A DNA stretch of 64,000 nucleotides from an uncultured Acidobacteriota bacterium (GCA_963796275.1 CAWCKY010000006.1:2688001-2752000); one strand, 5' to 3'. Positions 28,027 through 42,391 are shown, numbered from the stretch's first letter. Made by a program: numbers and translations. Notes: generated by a model from the sequence alone, not told the origin.

Positions 28027-28140
28027 TGTCATCGGACAATGCGTACCTGATGTGACCACGATACCTCTCAACCGAAACCCTCACCGTCAGTCCACCTGGG
28101 GAATGTTGGTCCGGACTGCTGCCGTCTTAGTTCAATTCAC

Positions 28141-28419
28141 TCATTCGTATGACGGCCCTTTCGCCATGCGACGCTGAGCCATCAATCGTCTTCGCCTACC
28201 GGCCTCGTACTTGAGAGATTCTTCACGCACGCGGCGTCTATCTATTGAGAGCCGAGTGAGTGATCGCGCCATGACCAGTTGCAAGAAAAAGTGCAGATCT
28301 TTAACTGTGAATACACACGCCCGCTTGAGCAAAGGCTTCAATTCACCGCGCTTTGCCAACTGGCGGAGCCAGGGCAGAACGATCCATAGCTGGTGAAGAA
28401 GCCGATCACTAATTTCCAA
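28141..28419 (-). CDS. Hypothetical basic protein downstream of box C
   Basis: 92-aa ORF with TTG start and no recognised domain; supported mainly by position. Confidence 0.3.
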   Translation of the reverse strand: MEISDRLLHQLWIVLPWLRQLAKRGELKPLLKRACVFTVKDLHFFLQLVMARSLTRLSIDRRRVREESLKYEAGRRRRLMAQRRMAKGPSYE

Positions 28420-28528
28420 CCTTTGAAGTGCGCAAGTTTTGACTCGTTTCCGGCACGCTTTAGACTTGCATTCTGAGAGGATGGAGAAGAAGCCGGTGAC
28501 AATTAGGCCATTCCATCGTTAAGGCCCC

Positions 28529-28583
28529 AAGCTAACACCGGACTCATAAAAATTGTGTAAAAAGTCCATAAAAAAGTCGTAAA
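28529..28583 (-). promoter_or_regulatory. Putative KdpE box C plus -10
   Basis: (A/G)TAAA at 28546, 28557, 28568 and 28579; TAGCTT 11 nt downstream on the minus strand. Confidence 0.75.
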
Positions 28584-28823
28584 GATGAACTGCGAGTGAT
28601 CTTCAGTGGACTGTTAAGAAAACAACGTTCACTGCCCGGACGCAGATATCTCATAGGTAGCATGTTTACTGAGGTTTCAGTTTGAAATAGGAGGAAACAC
28701 AGAGGCCTTCTGACCAGGCTTGTGGAGCGCAGGCCACCGGATGGAGAACCGGCCTCTCCCCAGGATGCCTGGGAAAGCCGCGGAATAATTCCGGCATCTG
28801 GTCCCGCGTCTGCCGATCCATTG

Positions 28824-30422
28824 TTACCACGCGCCTTTTTTGCGACCGAACCACCAGACCAATCCGAGCGTCGCGGTATTCTGCTCCTTCTTCAACACGC
28901 CGGGTGTGTCAGTCAAGAAGAACGGCCTGTTGGACCAATCGCGCCGGTACTCGCCACGCATCAGGAATACTTCGTTGAACTTATATTCCGCTGTCAATGT
29001 GATCTCTTTTAAGTCCTGGTCCACGCCAGTGAACAATGATCCCCCATCATCCGACGGGTTATCTCCAACGTATTCGAATCGCCCGGCCAATGCGAAGCCT
29101 TGTGGGAGCTGATAGCGCGCGTAAGCCACACCGCCATTGATGCGCGATGGCGACGAGTTGCTGAAGGCACGGTTGATCACGTAATCGCCTTCGAATGCGA
29201 ACGTCAGTTTGTCGGTCATATTGAATGTGGCATAGGCATCGAGGATGTGGATGCGGCCGTTTTGCTCGGGCTGGACCTCATTGGGCGAAAGCCCTGGCTG
29301 CGTCGGCAGGACCGGGAAGGTCGGGTTGAGTATCGAAGTTCGCACTCGCCCTTCCTTGCCGGCGTAATAATTCGCCTGCGCTGTGATGCGGCTCGTGGGC
29401 TTATATGTCAGCAATACTGCCTGTGACTTCCAGGCGTTGAAATCCTCGCTCTGGTTAATGCCGTTAACCAGCCAGTAGGTCGATGTGAGCTTGTCACCTA
29501 TGGGATAAGCCGATCGGAAGCCGAAATGATAAAATGGCAAAATGGCGAACCAATAAGATCGACTGTAATTGAAGTTGTCCTTGGTGTAATTCGTCTCGTA
29601 ACCGAGCGCGCTTGCGAATTTCCCGAAATCAGTCGTCAATCCGTTTCCGAGCGGGGCGACATATGTTCCGTATGCCTGCCACACGTGGCGGAAGACCTGC
29701 GGGCGCAGCTCATTGACCGCGCTGCCCTGCAGGGTCTCGGTCGCCTGGCCGAAGATCAGATCGAGTCGCGCTCCGAACCTGCGTCCCTCTTCAACTTTAG
29801 GCGCGTGCTCTAAGATCACACCTGCCTGGTTCAGGCTGAACGTGTTGCTCTCCACATCGTAAGCGCGCAATAGATTGATGCCGCCGAGCGGGCGGTTGAA
29901 GTTGTATCCGTAATAACCGTCGACCGTCATGTTGACCGTAGTGTCGCGCCAGAAATCCAGCACCTCGCGATCATCTGTAGATAGAGCAGGCTTTTGTGCC
30001 TGAGACGGCGCCGCCTCACCGGACGCTGACGCCAGCCCTGCCGCGGGCGCGATCTTCTCCGCTTCGAGCTGGCTGATACGCGCTTCCAGCCGTTCGATCG
30101 ATTGCCGCATCTGGCGCATCTCTTCGAGCAGTTCCGCGTTATCCATACCATCCTTAGCCATCTCATTGGCTGCTATACCTCTCTTTTCATCTGCCGTACC
30201 AGTCTTGGAAACATTGCTGGCGACACCCCATTGGGTTTGTGCGCGCGTCGGTGCCTGTGCGATCGCGACCGGTCCCGACGGCAGAACCAATGCCAACCCC
30301 AGCGCGATGCCCCGGAGGAAGGATATGTACACGTCGCTCCCGCTGGACAACGACATGGTTTTCTTACTCAATTTATCGCTCTTCCAATAAAACAGGCCCT
30401 CAACTCGCAGTTGTCTGTCCAT
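28824..30422 (-). CDS. Outer-membrane beta-barrel putative porin (BBP2-like), copy 2
   Basis: VDGYYGYNFN, WQAYGTY, GKFASALGYE, NFNYSRS, PFYHFG and RGEYRRDWS motifs; coiled coil; C-terminal Trp. Alternative start 30356. Confidence 0.8.
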   Translation of the reverse strand: MDRQLRVEGLFYWKSDKLSKKTMSLSSGSDVYISFLRGIALGLALVLPSGPVAIAQAPTRAQTQWGVASNVSKTGTADEKRGIAANEMAKDGMDNAELLEEMRQMRQSIERLEARISQLEAEKIAPAAGLASASGEAAPSQAQKPALSTDDREVLDFWRDTTVNMTVDGYYGYNFNRPLGGINLLRAYDVESNTFSLNQAGVILEHAPKVEEGRRFGARLDLIFGQATETLQGSAVNELRPQVFRHVWQAYGTYVAPLGNGLTTDFGKFASALGYETNYTKDNFNYSRSYWFAILPFYHFGFRSAYPIGDKLTSTYWLVNGINQSEDFNAWKSQAVLLTYKPTSRITAQANYYAGKEGRVRTSILNPTFPVLPTQPGLSPNEVQPEQNGRIHILDAYATFNMTDKLTFAFEGDYVINRAFSNSSPSRINGGVAYARYQLPQGFALAGRFEYVGDNPSDDGGSLFTGVDQDLKEITLTAEYKFNEVFLMRGEYRRDWSNRPFFLTDTPGVLKKEQNTATLGLVWWFGRKKGAW

Positions 30423-30782
30423 CTTAGTTGATTACTCCTCAGTGATTGTATAGATCGCCTCGCCCTTCACTTCCGTCGCGGCCAAAAGGTTGATCCGAGC
30501 CGGCACTACGATGAGATAGAACAGAGGTAGATACATGATCGGTGTGTGGAGGAGACGTTTAAATGCACGTTTCGATGAGGAGGAAAAACTCGATAAAGGA
30601 GGTAGTAAAGGAGAGGCAAAAATTATTGCCAGGATGAAATTAGTATTGCCAGTCGGTCCAGCAAATGTCAACCATACGTTATCGTGTCGATATTAGAGTG
30701 TGTTTTAAAAGGTCACGGCGCACAGCAACATATCTGCGGGTGGATGTCCGAGAGATGGAAGATCGACATGCCCAACCTTCAG

Positions 30783-30950
30783 TTATTTGAACACCATGCC
30801 GAATTGGGTCACTTGCCCGCCAGCAATGATGAGGGCCAAGCCAACCCAGGTCGAAGTCGGCACGTTCCCACCGAAGACTGAGCAGCCACACAGTACGCGC
30901 TAACCGTCGCGAAGGCGACCTACATTCGCAGCAATCTGGAAAAAGTTTCA
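30783..30950 (-). pseudogene. Remnant of a small multidrug-resistance-like (YnfA/SMR-3) membrane protein
   Basis: Broken frames give FSRLLRM*VAFATVS/VLCGCSVFGGNVPTSTWVGLALIIAGGQVTQFG*, resembling the family C-terminus (recalled). Confidence 0.5.
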
Positions 30951-31102
30951 CTGAAGCAATTGGGATATTTTCTCTTCCATTATTGATGGCGTGTGACTAC
31001 AGCCTGCGTCGACCGTCTGCGAGACCGCAGCCTTGCTGAGGCTATCATTATCCGGCCTCTCTAGGTGCTTAACCTTCAGTGAACGGCTGAATTTGTGGGA
31101 TT

Positions 31103-32215
31103 CTATAGGGCTTTCTTTGAAACTTCTTTCCTGTCTTGCCGCCTATTTTGTTGCTGGTCTCGCTTCTGGTGAGCATCAGGTCTTTTTATCGCGTAATAAC
31201 CTTCACGGGTTCGGACGATCAGACGCGCCGACTTCTGAGGGGCCGTCACTGTGACTTTGATCCGGCGCCATTTACCATCCGCTACAAAGTTCGATGGCAG
31301 ATAGCCGATCGAATATAGGCGGCGCAATTCAAGGGCGATAAGCTCGAAGACTTCGATCATCTCATCTGCGTTCTTCGGGTAGAATGCCTTCCCACCGGAG
31401 ACCGAGGCCAGTCTTTCCAGAGGGATCGCGCCGGGGATTCCGCCGCCCAGGTTGCCCTTCTGTGGCAGACGGTTCATCCCGATTCCGATGGAATAGATGA
31501 TCACGTCTGATTCTTGAAGCTTGCGGCGCAGGTCGTCGAGGCTGTATCGAGAGTGGTTGTCCTCCCCATCGCTGATGAGAATGATCGCTTGTCTAGGGTA
31601 TATCCCGCGTGAGACTTTCTCGATGCCGAGATAGACTGCGTCATAGAGCGCCGTATTGCCTTTCGGATAGACGTTGCTGAACTGATTCAACAGCGCTCGG
31701 CCATCGCGCACACCATCTAACGAGAGTTGAGGATTCGAACCGAAGCTGATCAGAAAATATTCGTCCCGTTCATGGCTCGTCTCGATGAACCGCGCGAGGG
31801 CATCTTTGGCCTGCCTGATCTTATCGCCCTTCATCGAGCCCGAGGTGTCGAAGACGATTCCGACGGAGACCGGCGCATCTTCATCAGAGAAGAAGCTGCT
31901 CGGCTGCTCGACTTTGTCATCATAGATCCTGAAATTCTCCTTCTTCAACCCCTCAACTATACGACCATTGCGATCGGTTACCGCCACATTCAGGGAGACC
32001 AACTGCGTACCCAGCTTAATAGATGAGTCGCCCTGCGGCGCTACGCGCTCTCTCTCCTGCTGGCGCTTTTTTGCGATAAGATCGGGAATGAATGATCTGG
32101 TTGTCGTGAAATCCAGCGCTGCCACGGTCGTTACTGCGATGCTCAGGAGAGCGGTTATTTGCAGCGATCGGAGAGACCGCTTGATCTTATCGGTCTTGAT
32201 TCTATTTCGTTCCAT
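31103..32215 (-). CDS. Acidobacterial VWA-domain protein
   Basis: LVSLNVAVTD, MIDAS DTSGSM, TALYDAV, ISDGEDN, SGG and YSIGY motifs. Confidence 0.88.
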   Translation of the reverse strand: MERNRIKTDKIKRSLRSLQITALLSIAVTTVAALDFTTTRSFIPDLIAKKRQQERERVAPQGDSSIKLGTQLVSLNVAVTDRNGRIVEGLKKENFRIYDDKVEQPSSFFSDEDAPVSVGIVFDTSGSMKGDKIRQAKDALARFIETSHERDEYFLISFGSNPQLSLDGVRDGRALLNQFSNVYPKGNTALYDAVYLGIEKVSRGIYPRQAIILISDGEDNHSRYSLDDLRRKLQESDVIIYSIGIGMNRLPQKGNLGGGIPGAIPLERLASVSGGKAFYPKNADEMIEVFELIALELRRLYSIGYLPSNFVADGKWRRIKVTVTAPQKSARLIVRTREGYYAIKRPDAHQKRDQQQNRRQDRKEVSKKAL

Positions 32216-32551
32216 TTTGTCCCATGGTCCCGGCACTTTTCCGCCGAGACGATATTATTGTAGCCCCCACAAGACTCAACCGGTAGCGATTCGAATCTGT
32301 GATGTTGTGTAGGCAATAGGGCATCTGCTGACCCCCTTGCTCGCAGGACCACGTGCTACCTCCCGCTACCGGTCAGGATTCAAGCCGGAGCGTCTTTGGT
32401 CGGTGCGGTTGCCGGCGTTCTCAGAACAATTTCGAAATGGATTCACTCAATGCAATACATGTGATTCCGCGCTGATTATGTATGAAGATAGTCAGATGGA
32501 GTCGCGAATCGTTTCAGATTGACATATGACGGAAGTCGGCCGAAACAATTT

Positions 32552-33247
32552 TTATGCCCCCGGATCGAAGCGGTAACCAGTCCAGGGTTCGGTGAGAACA
32601 TAGCGAGGATGGGCAGGATCAGGTTCGATCTTCTTGCGTAAGTGGCCGACAAAGACGCGCAGATATTCGTTCTGCTCGACATAGTCGCCTCCCCAGATAG
32701 CGCCGAGCAGTACCCTATGACTCAGCACTTTATTTGGGTGGCGAATAAGATAGAGCAACAATTCGTATTCTTTGGGTGTCAGGTGGACCTCTTGCCCCTG
32801 CACGGTCACGTTACGGGTCTGGATATCTACGCGAAAGTCTCCCACTTCAATCGACCGCTCTTCGGGGCCGGCCAACTGAGGTCGCCGAAGGACCACCCGC
32901 ACACGCGCCAGCAGTTCATCCATGCCGAAAGGTTTGGTCACATAGTCGTCAGCCCCGGCGTCCAGGGCCTCAACCTTGATTCGTTCTTCGCCCTTAGCCG
33001 AGAGTACGATAATCGGGACTGAAGAGATGGCTCTCAATCGCCGGCAGAGTTCAAGCCCGCTCATATTCTGCATAACGAGGTCGGTCACGACGACATCGGG
33101 TTTCCAGACGTCGAAAGCAGAAAGCGCTTCTTCGCCCTCAAATGCCACCTGCACGTCATAACCGTGGCTCGATAGGCCGCGCCGCAGTACGCGTGTGATC
33201 TGAGGCTCGTCATCGACCACGAGAATCCGTCGCCCTTCATTCGTCAT
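32552..33247 (-). CDS. kdpE: OmpR-family response regulator KdpE
   Basis: [31 protein letters not shown] and [27 protein letters not shown] motifs; overlaps the upstream kinase gene. Confidence 0.92.
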   Translation of the reverse strand: MTNEGRRILVVDDEPQITRVLRRGLSSHGYDVQVAFEGEEALSAFDVWKPDVVVTDLVMQNMSGLELCRRLRAISSVPIIVLSAKGEERIKVEALDAGADDYVTKPFGMDELLARVRVVLRRPQLAGPEERSIEVGDFRVDIQTRNVTVQGQEVHLTPKEYELLLYLIRHPNKVLSHRVLLGAIWGGDYVEQNEYLRVFVGHLRKKIEPDPAHPRYVLTEPWTGYRFDPGA

Positions 33248-34523
33248 GTTCCCTCCAGGTATTGAATCCATAAGTGATATCTTCTGCTTGCGAATCGATC
33301 CCGCCTACCGCATTCTCCACTGTAGCGGGGTGCTCTTCGTCTCCGATCGGCAAGGTGAAGACCACGCGTACGCCATACCCTCGTGAGCCATCTTCTATCC
33401 AAATGTTTCCGCCGTGGGCATCAACGATGCCACGGGCGATGGCCAGCCCCATTCCGATTCCAGATGGGCGGTTTAGCGCAGCTGCATAATCGGGCGTGGC
33501 GCGGAAGAACTTATCGAAGACGCGCTTCCGCAGATGCTGCGGGATCCCCCACCCCTCGTCTTCGACGGCGATCTGAACCATCTCGTCAGACGCCCGGCTC
33601 GCGTTGATTCTGATGCGTGTACCGGGAGGCGCATATTTGGTCGCATTGTCGATCAGCAGGTAGACGACTTCGGTCACCGCGCGCGCATCGATCTGCACCA
33701 GCGGCAAATCGTTTTCTACCTCAACCACTACTCGATGCTGCTGTACGAGCGGTTCAGCGCGGTCGAGGGCCATTGAGATGATCTCATCGACGGCCCCCCA
33801 CCTTCGTCGCAAATGAAGGTCTCCGGCTTCGATCCGCGCCAGCTCAACCATGCCTTCGATGAAGCGGTTGAGCCGATCAGCTTCTTCGTCTATCACTTCT
33901 AACATCTCCTGCCGCCCTTCTTCGTCGAGTTTGACGGGAGGTTCTCCGTCCCACTTTGCGCGCCGCTCTTTGAGAAGAGTCGTGACCGATGCCTTGATCG
34001 AAGTGAGCGGCGTGCGCAGGTCGTGTGTGACTGCGTCGAGCAGCGCCGACTTCAACTGTTCGCTTCGCCGCAACGCCTCGGCATGACTCGCTCGCTCGAA
34101 TGCCGCTTGCAGTTCGTGATAGAGCCGTTCGATCTGCTGGCGCCCGCCCTCGGCCTCCTCTGCGCGGCGTTTAGCCCGCGCTGAAAGTTGCCCGACGGTG
34201 ACCGCAGTTACGAGGAATGCGAAGAGCGCAACCCAGTTCTGCGAATCGGCGATCGTTAAGGTATAGAGAGGGGGGAGGAAAAAGTAGTTGAAGCACAGCA
34301 TCCCAAGCAACGAGGCGAGATAGGCTGGCCGACTGCCCCAGCCGGTCGCGATGAAGAGCACTGCCAGTAGTAATGAGAAGGCCACCGTCGTCGAGTTGAT
34401 TTGCTCTTGAAACGGCGCAAAACAGGCCGTGACGCCTGCAACACTCAACGCAGCGAAAAAGTATCCGGCTGCTCTATTCTGAAAGATAATGGTTGACATG
34501 CTCTCTTCAAGCCATCTGACCAT
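33237..34523 (-). CDS. kdpD: KdpD C-terminal module: DUF4118 4-TM + HisKA + HATPase
   Basis: [26 protein letters not shown]; intact H-box [18 protein letters not shown]; DNATKY and GIGMGLAI. No KdpD, Usp or GAF domain. Confidence 0.88.
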   Translation of the reverse strand: MVRWLEESMSTIIFQNRAAGYFFAALSVAGVTACFAPFQEQINSTTVAFSLLLAVLFIATGWGSRPAYLASLLGMLCFNYFFLPPLYTLTIADSQNWVALFAFLVTAVTVGQLSARAKRRAEEAEGGRQQIERLYHELQAAFERASHAEALRRSEQLKSALLDAVTHDLRTPLTSIKASVTTLLKERRAKWDGEPPVKLDEEGRQEMLEVIDEEADRLNRFIEGMVELARIEAGDLHLRRRWGAVDEIISMALDRAEPLVQQHRVVVEVENDLPLVQIDARAVTEVVYLLIDNATKYAPPGTRIRINASRASDEMVQIAVEDEGWGIPQHLRKRVFDKFFRATPDYAAALNRPSGIGMGLAIARGIVDAHGGNIWIEDGSRGYGVRVVFTLPIGDEEHPATVENAVGGIDSQAEDITYGFNTWREHDE

Positions 34524-34640
34524 CTACCGCTATCATGCTTCTGAATGACCCTTCAATTCGGAGCACTGTCATCGTGGCAGTTATCCTCTGCAGACCCATG
34601 ACAGTGAGCAACCGTCGATAATGAATTCAGCGACTGTTTT

Positions 34641-34695
34641 AGACTAACCACAAAGCCATAAAAATAGCGTAAAAGATCTATAAATAATTCGTAAG
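34641..34695 (-). promoter_or_regulatory. Putative KdpE box D plus -10 (autoregulation of kdpD'E)
   Basis: (A/G)TAA(A/G) at 34658, 34669, 34680 and 34691; TAGTCT 11 nt downstream on the minus strand. Confidence 0.78.
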
Positions 34696-34911
34696 GGCGG
34701 AGTACGTGATGTTGAAGCGATATTTCTTTGAGATCGAGTAGGTTCCTCCCTACTTCGAAGCGCGGGGGAACGACGCCTAGCACTATCGTGGTAGGCTCGT
34801 GCATATGGCGATGCCCGTGAGGTCCATGGCGCCGCAGCATCACCTGTTTCCAGCCAAATTGACCGGCCTTTTCGACATGAGCCTCTGTTCTAGAGCCGGT
34901 TGGAGCGAATG

Positions 34912-34950
34912 GAAATAACCCGAGCGATGCCGATAAGCTATCGCTCGGGT
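34912..34950 (-). terminator. Possible intrinsic terminator
   Basis: Perfect 11-bp inverted repeat ACCCGAGCGAT/ATCGCTCGGGT, followed by TATTT on the minus strand. Confidence 0.4.
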
Positions 34951-35297
34951 CCCCTTATCGGAGTTTTGTAGCTGATTATCGCAACATATACGATTTGACG
35001 AAAACTTTCATTATCCTACGACGAATTGACAGCGCAGATATACGATTCAATACGGTTTCTATGTAAATTTCTCGGGAACGTGGCTCCGATTTGTGAGCAG
35101 GACTGCTCTATACTGAGAGTGCTATCAGTTTCGGTTAAACATCACGCCTTGCCGACCTCGGTTACAGTAAGGGCGGCGCGCGTCGCGATGCAGCGTGCGA
35201 TCCGCCATGGAAAAAAGTGCTTAAGGTTGTCAGCATTTCGGCCGTGTTCCGCCACGACGGCTGGGTCAAGGAAGCGCTCGATATGTTCCCGACTCAG

Positions 35298-36719
35298 TTA
35301 GTCGGAGGGGAGGATCGTGACCAAGCCGCCCTCGATCAATCTCGAGCGGGTCTGCCAATAGAAGAACGCGTTGTGGTTGTTGTTCGGGTCGTGGATCTGG
35401 GTCCATTGGTACGCGCCACCGCAGCCGGCGCCGACGAAGACGTTCCACCCCTGCTGGATGGCGTGGTCGTCACCGTCGAAGTACCCGGGGTGCTTGCAGA
35501 CGCCGACGACCTGGATCTGCGGGTTGACCGCTGTTTCTCCGTCCGGGCACGCAGCGTTGATGCTGTATAGCGGAGTCGAGCCCCGATAGGGGACAGGTGA
35601 CGCGGTTGCTTGCGTACCCTGCATGTCGACGCGATATGCGTTTGCAAAGAGCATCTCGATCAGCCTGGCTTTCGCGTTGGTGATCGCCGCCGCGTGGTTC
35701 GGGTCGCTCGCGCTGGTGATCGCTCCGTGGCAGTAGGAACCGTAGTTTCTACCGTAGGCAACGGTGTAAGTTTGCCCCCGCGTAGGCGTCATATTCAGGC
35801 CTTGAATAAGGGGGCTCGCCTGGGCGGCGTATGGTAGGGCGCCGTCGCTTTCGCCAGTCCAGAGCGCGGGTGAGCAGCTGCTATAGGAGATGAGCCCGAG
35901 GGCACGTTTGTACTGCGCAACCCAGTCGGCTGCAGCCACGCCGCTGATATTTCCAGCGTACTCGCACCAACCGTTGCCTGGCGCGGAGGCGTTGCCGAAG
36001 AAGGCGATCGCGTCGCCGTTCTTACACGTGGTGACGAAATCGGACGAACCTACGACGTTGTACTTACTCGGCTGGAGCCCGTCGATCATGCCCTGGATCG
36101 AGACAACTGCGGCTATCTTGTTCTGTACGCCCCAGTCATATGTCCCGACGCCAGCCGGCCCCGTGTTGGAGGCGACCTCGAAGGCCACCCGTGCGCCGGT
36201 GCTGTGGCCGATCAGGATGATGTTCTTGGCGGTGGATGGGAAGAGCCGGTTGATCTCTTGGGCCAGGCGATAGCGCCACTCGTATGCGGTAGTACAGGGA
36301 TCACCCTGCTTGGTTGTGGCGCAGCCGGGGTCGCCGACCTCCCAGTCGTCCATGTGCGTTGGGCCGAGCGAGTCTGTCGGGTGGTAGGGCGAGGCCGGCG
36401 TCGTATAGAGATTGGCCGTAGCGCTCGCGACGTTGATCGTGACGCCCGGATGCGCCGCCTGGTAGTTCGAAATCCAGGTCGGGATGTCGGCTTCGATTGA
36501 GTTCTTCAAATCTGCCAGGGAGTTGGCCGCAATGATGCGGGACGCGCCGTCATTCTTTACGCCGTGAACGTACAAGAAGTTGAGCTGGATGACGCCGGTC
36601 GTTACCGAATTCGAGGACGCGCCGATCGACGGCTGTCCCTCTTTGTTGGCCGCCACGCTCATAGTACTCGCCAGCAATGCGACTGTCCCCAAGAGAGCAA
36701 ACGCTCTACTTCTACGCAT
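35298..36719 (-). CDS. Secreted Cys-rich alpha/beta hydrolase (lipase-like)
   Basis: Signal peptide; FLYVHG oxyanion motif, LIGHSTG nucleophile, SDG acid, YCHG His candidate; extra C-terminal domain. Confidence 0.7.
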   Translation of the reverse strand: MRRSRAFALLGTVALLASTMSVAANKEGQPSIGASSNSVTTGVIQLNFLYVHGVKNDGASRIIAANSLADLKNSIEADIPTWISNYQAAHPGVTINVASATANLYTTPASPYHPTDSLGPTHMDDWEVGDPGCATTKQGDPCTTAYEWRYRLAQEINRLFPSTAKNIILIGHSTGARVAFEVASNTGPAGVGTYDWGVQNKIAAVVSIQGMIDGLQPSKYNVVGSSDFVTTCKNGDAIAFFGNASAPGNGWCEYAGNISGVAAADWVAQYKRALGLISYSSCSPALWTGESDGALPYAAQASPLIQGLNMTPTRGQTYTVAYGRNYGSYCHGAITSASDPNHAAAITNAKARLIEMLFANAYRVDMQGTQATASPVPYRGSTPLYSINAACPDGETAVNPQIQVVGVCKHPGYFDGDDHAIQQGWNVFVGAGCGGAYQWTQIHDPNNNHNAFFYWQTRSRLIEGGLVTILPSD

Positions 36720-36994
36720 ATCTCTCCTCCGTTCTTTCCCCAAGATATCCATCAATATTCTTTGCTGTCTTTATAATGCGAACCAAGGATAAGGCTGCAA
36801 TCCTAACAGACGTTGTAGAGTCGGGTGATGAAACTACAAAAGAACTTCATATAGAAGAAGATTCACTGCTATGTCCAGGAGCATTGGGGGGCGTGTTTTC
36901 CACAACTGCCGAGCTATCAAACCGTGAACATGCTCGGTTTTAAGGTCACGTTTCGGCTCTTTTAGTCATTTACTGAATTCACCGCGGTCAAATA

Positions 36995-38359
36995 TCAAGG
37001 CAGCCTATCCGATCCCCCGATGCAGTAGAGATGTTTATCACCCCGAATAAATATCCTGCCCCTGGAGATCGCGGGCGACGCGAGAATTACCTCGTCTAGA
37101 GAGTTAGTTCGGATCACTTCGTGAGTCGGCCCGGCTTTGATGACGAAAGTATCGCCGTCTTCACTGGTCAGAAGAAGCTTTCCGTCGAAGGCTACGGCGG
37201 ATGCGGTAAAACTGGCCGGCACGGGAACTCTTCCGCCTTCATATTTGATCTGGCCGGTCCTGGCTTCGATACAGGTCAGAATGCCCTTGTCGCTAACCAA
37301 GTAAGCGAAATCGCCGTACAGAATCGGCGACGTGACGTAAGCCGTGCCCTTGTCATAACTCCAAACCACGTTTGAAGTGCCTGTCAGATTGCCGGAACCA
37401 CCAAGCTTGATTCCAATTACGCGTTTGCTCGGATAGCCTGCCGAAACGAAGACCATGTCGTGTCCGGCCACGGCGCTCGGTATCGCATGTCCTTTGACTC
37501 CATCGCAACGCCATAATTCTTTGCCGGTGGCGGGATCGTATGAAACGACCGTCTCAGCCCCGCTGGCGATCAACTCATACCGGTCGCGGGCGCGGACGAT
37601 GAGTGGAGTCGCATGCGTCTTCCGATGATCGCGCTTCACCCGCCAAACCTCCTTGCCCGTCCGCTTATCCACGGCGGAGATGAAGGAAAGGTCCGGTCCG
37701 CCGTCTTCCAGGTCACATTGCAAAAAAAGCAGATTTTCGTGAAGCGCCGGCGACGTGCCTGGCCCCATTCCCATCTTGGCGATTTTGCCTACGCTGGTCT
37801 TCCAGATCAGCTTGCCGTCGAAGTCGTAACAATAAAGCCCTTCGGCCTCGAAGAAGGCGTAAACGAATTTGCCGTCGGTGATAGGCGTGCTCGAAGCATA
37901 ACTGTTCTTGCGGTGGCGGTCGTCGAGAACCGTCCCTTCGAAGGCGACGCGCTCCCATAATATTTTCCCCGAATCGCGATCTAGACAAAGCACCTTGAGC
38001 GTATGTTTCCTGTCGCCCGCAACGCTGTCCGGGTGCACCCACGTCTCGCCTTTTCTGACGTGATGGACCGCTTTTGCACCGGGAACGATTTCGCCTTCGG
38101 TGGACGTGGTCAGGAATATCCTGTTGTTCCAAACGATCGGCGACGAATGACCGCGACCGGGAATCGCAGTCTTCCATATAATGTTCTTGTCGGGGCCCCA
38201 CTCGGCGGGCATGTTCTTTTCTTCGGAGACGCCGCTACTTTGCTGGCCGCGCCATTGTGGCCAGTTCGAGCCGCCATCACGTGACTGAGCCAGAGCGTTG
38301 TCAGCCCCGGCAATAATGATTGCCAATAGCGCTGCGAAGGTGAAATGTGGTCTCATCAT
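36995..38359 (-). CDS. PQQ-binding-like beta-propeller protein
   Basis: NWPQWRG, GHSSPIVW, YASSTP, YDFDGKLIW and ASPAIS motifs. Confidence 0.88.
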   Translation of the reverse strand: MMRPHFTFAALLAIIIAGADNALAQSRDGGSNWPQWRGQQSSGVSEEKNMPAEWGPDKNIIWKTAIPGRGHSSPIVWNNRIFLTTSTEGEIVPGAKAVHHVRKGETWVHPDSVAGDRKHTLKVLCLDRDSGKILWERVAFEGTVLDDRHRKNSYASSTPITDGKFVYAFFEAEGLYCYDFDGKLIWKTSVGKIAKMGMGPGTSPALHENLLFLQCDLEDGGPDLSFISAVDKRTGKEVWRVKRDHRKTHATPLIVRARDRYELIASGAETVVSYDPATGKELWRCDGVKGHAIPSAVAGHDMVFVSAGYPSKRVIGIKLGGSGNLTGTSNVVWSYDKGTAYVTSPILYGDFAYLVSDKGILTCIEARTGQIKYEGGRVPVPASFTASAVAFDGKLLLTSEDGDTFVIKAGPTHEVIRTNSLDEVILASPAISRGRIFIRGDKHLYCIGGSDRLP

Positions 38360-39172
38360 ATTCTTCACGTTTGTTTTAGGGCCCAAGAAAGTGAATTGTG
38401 ATCTACAGTATCTCAGACGCCCGAACAACATTGGCGGTTTCGCTTAAAGTTTAAATCCGACCAAACCGCCCCACGAGGCGACAACGGGACGATCACCATA
38501 CACGCGGCGCTGGCTTCATTGCCAACAACGCCCGAGGAGTATTATGGACGCATGGCATGCCGATGGACGGATTGACCGATGAAGAGAAGATGTGGCTGAT
38601 GCCGAAGATTCGATGGCTCGCAAAGGATAGTTTTCACCCTTCAATAGTATTTACAACCTTGCCTCCAACTCCTTTACGGAGAATCAAGAATTTCTGCTAA
38701 GCCTGATTCCCACGGAAACGTCGGCTGGAGTCATGTTTCAACTCCTCGACCTTACTGAACTAAACGAATCGGCCAAAAATCCAAACGATCGCGACAGCCC
38801 AAAAACTCGTTCGCCGCAGGGCGGTGCAAATATTTTGAACCGGATTATTAAGCCAGGGACACTTCGTAAAGTGTTCAGGTTGCAACGCGACAGTGCATTT
38901 GCTTTCCCAGACTTATTTACCTTTTGAAAGTAGGACTGTTTTCTTAAGACATTTCAATTAAGTCATTGTACTTTTAGCAATATCGACACCGCCTTCCCTG
39001 AGAACATTTGCCACGTGGTCACCGTATTATGGCGGGGGGCGTATCCCTTTATCTAAATTCCGTATCGTTGCAGTACCAGGACACCCGGCTATCTCAGCCG
39101 GCCGGCGGGCGGCCTGACGGCACCTGCAATCAATAATTCGTTGGACATCAGTCTTTCATGGAGGAAATACGT

Positions 39173-42391
<3,219 letters not shown>

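Noticed and set aside
30583-30620. Possible fifth KdpE box upstream of porin 2
   Set aside because: Irregular spacing (10/12/11), degenerate repeats and no TAGYNT hexamer at the expected distance.
38460-38930. Coding-like fragments between the PQQ and S8 genes
   Set aside because: No assignable family or convincing start.
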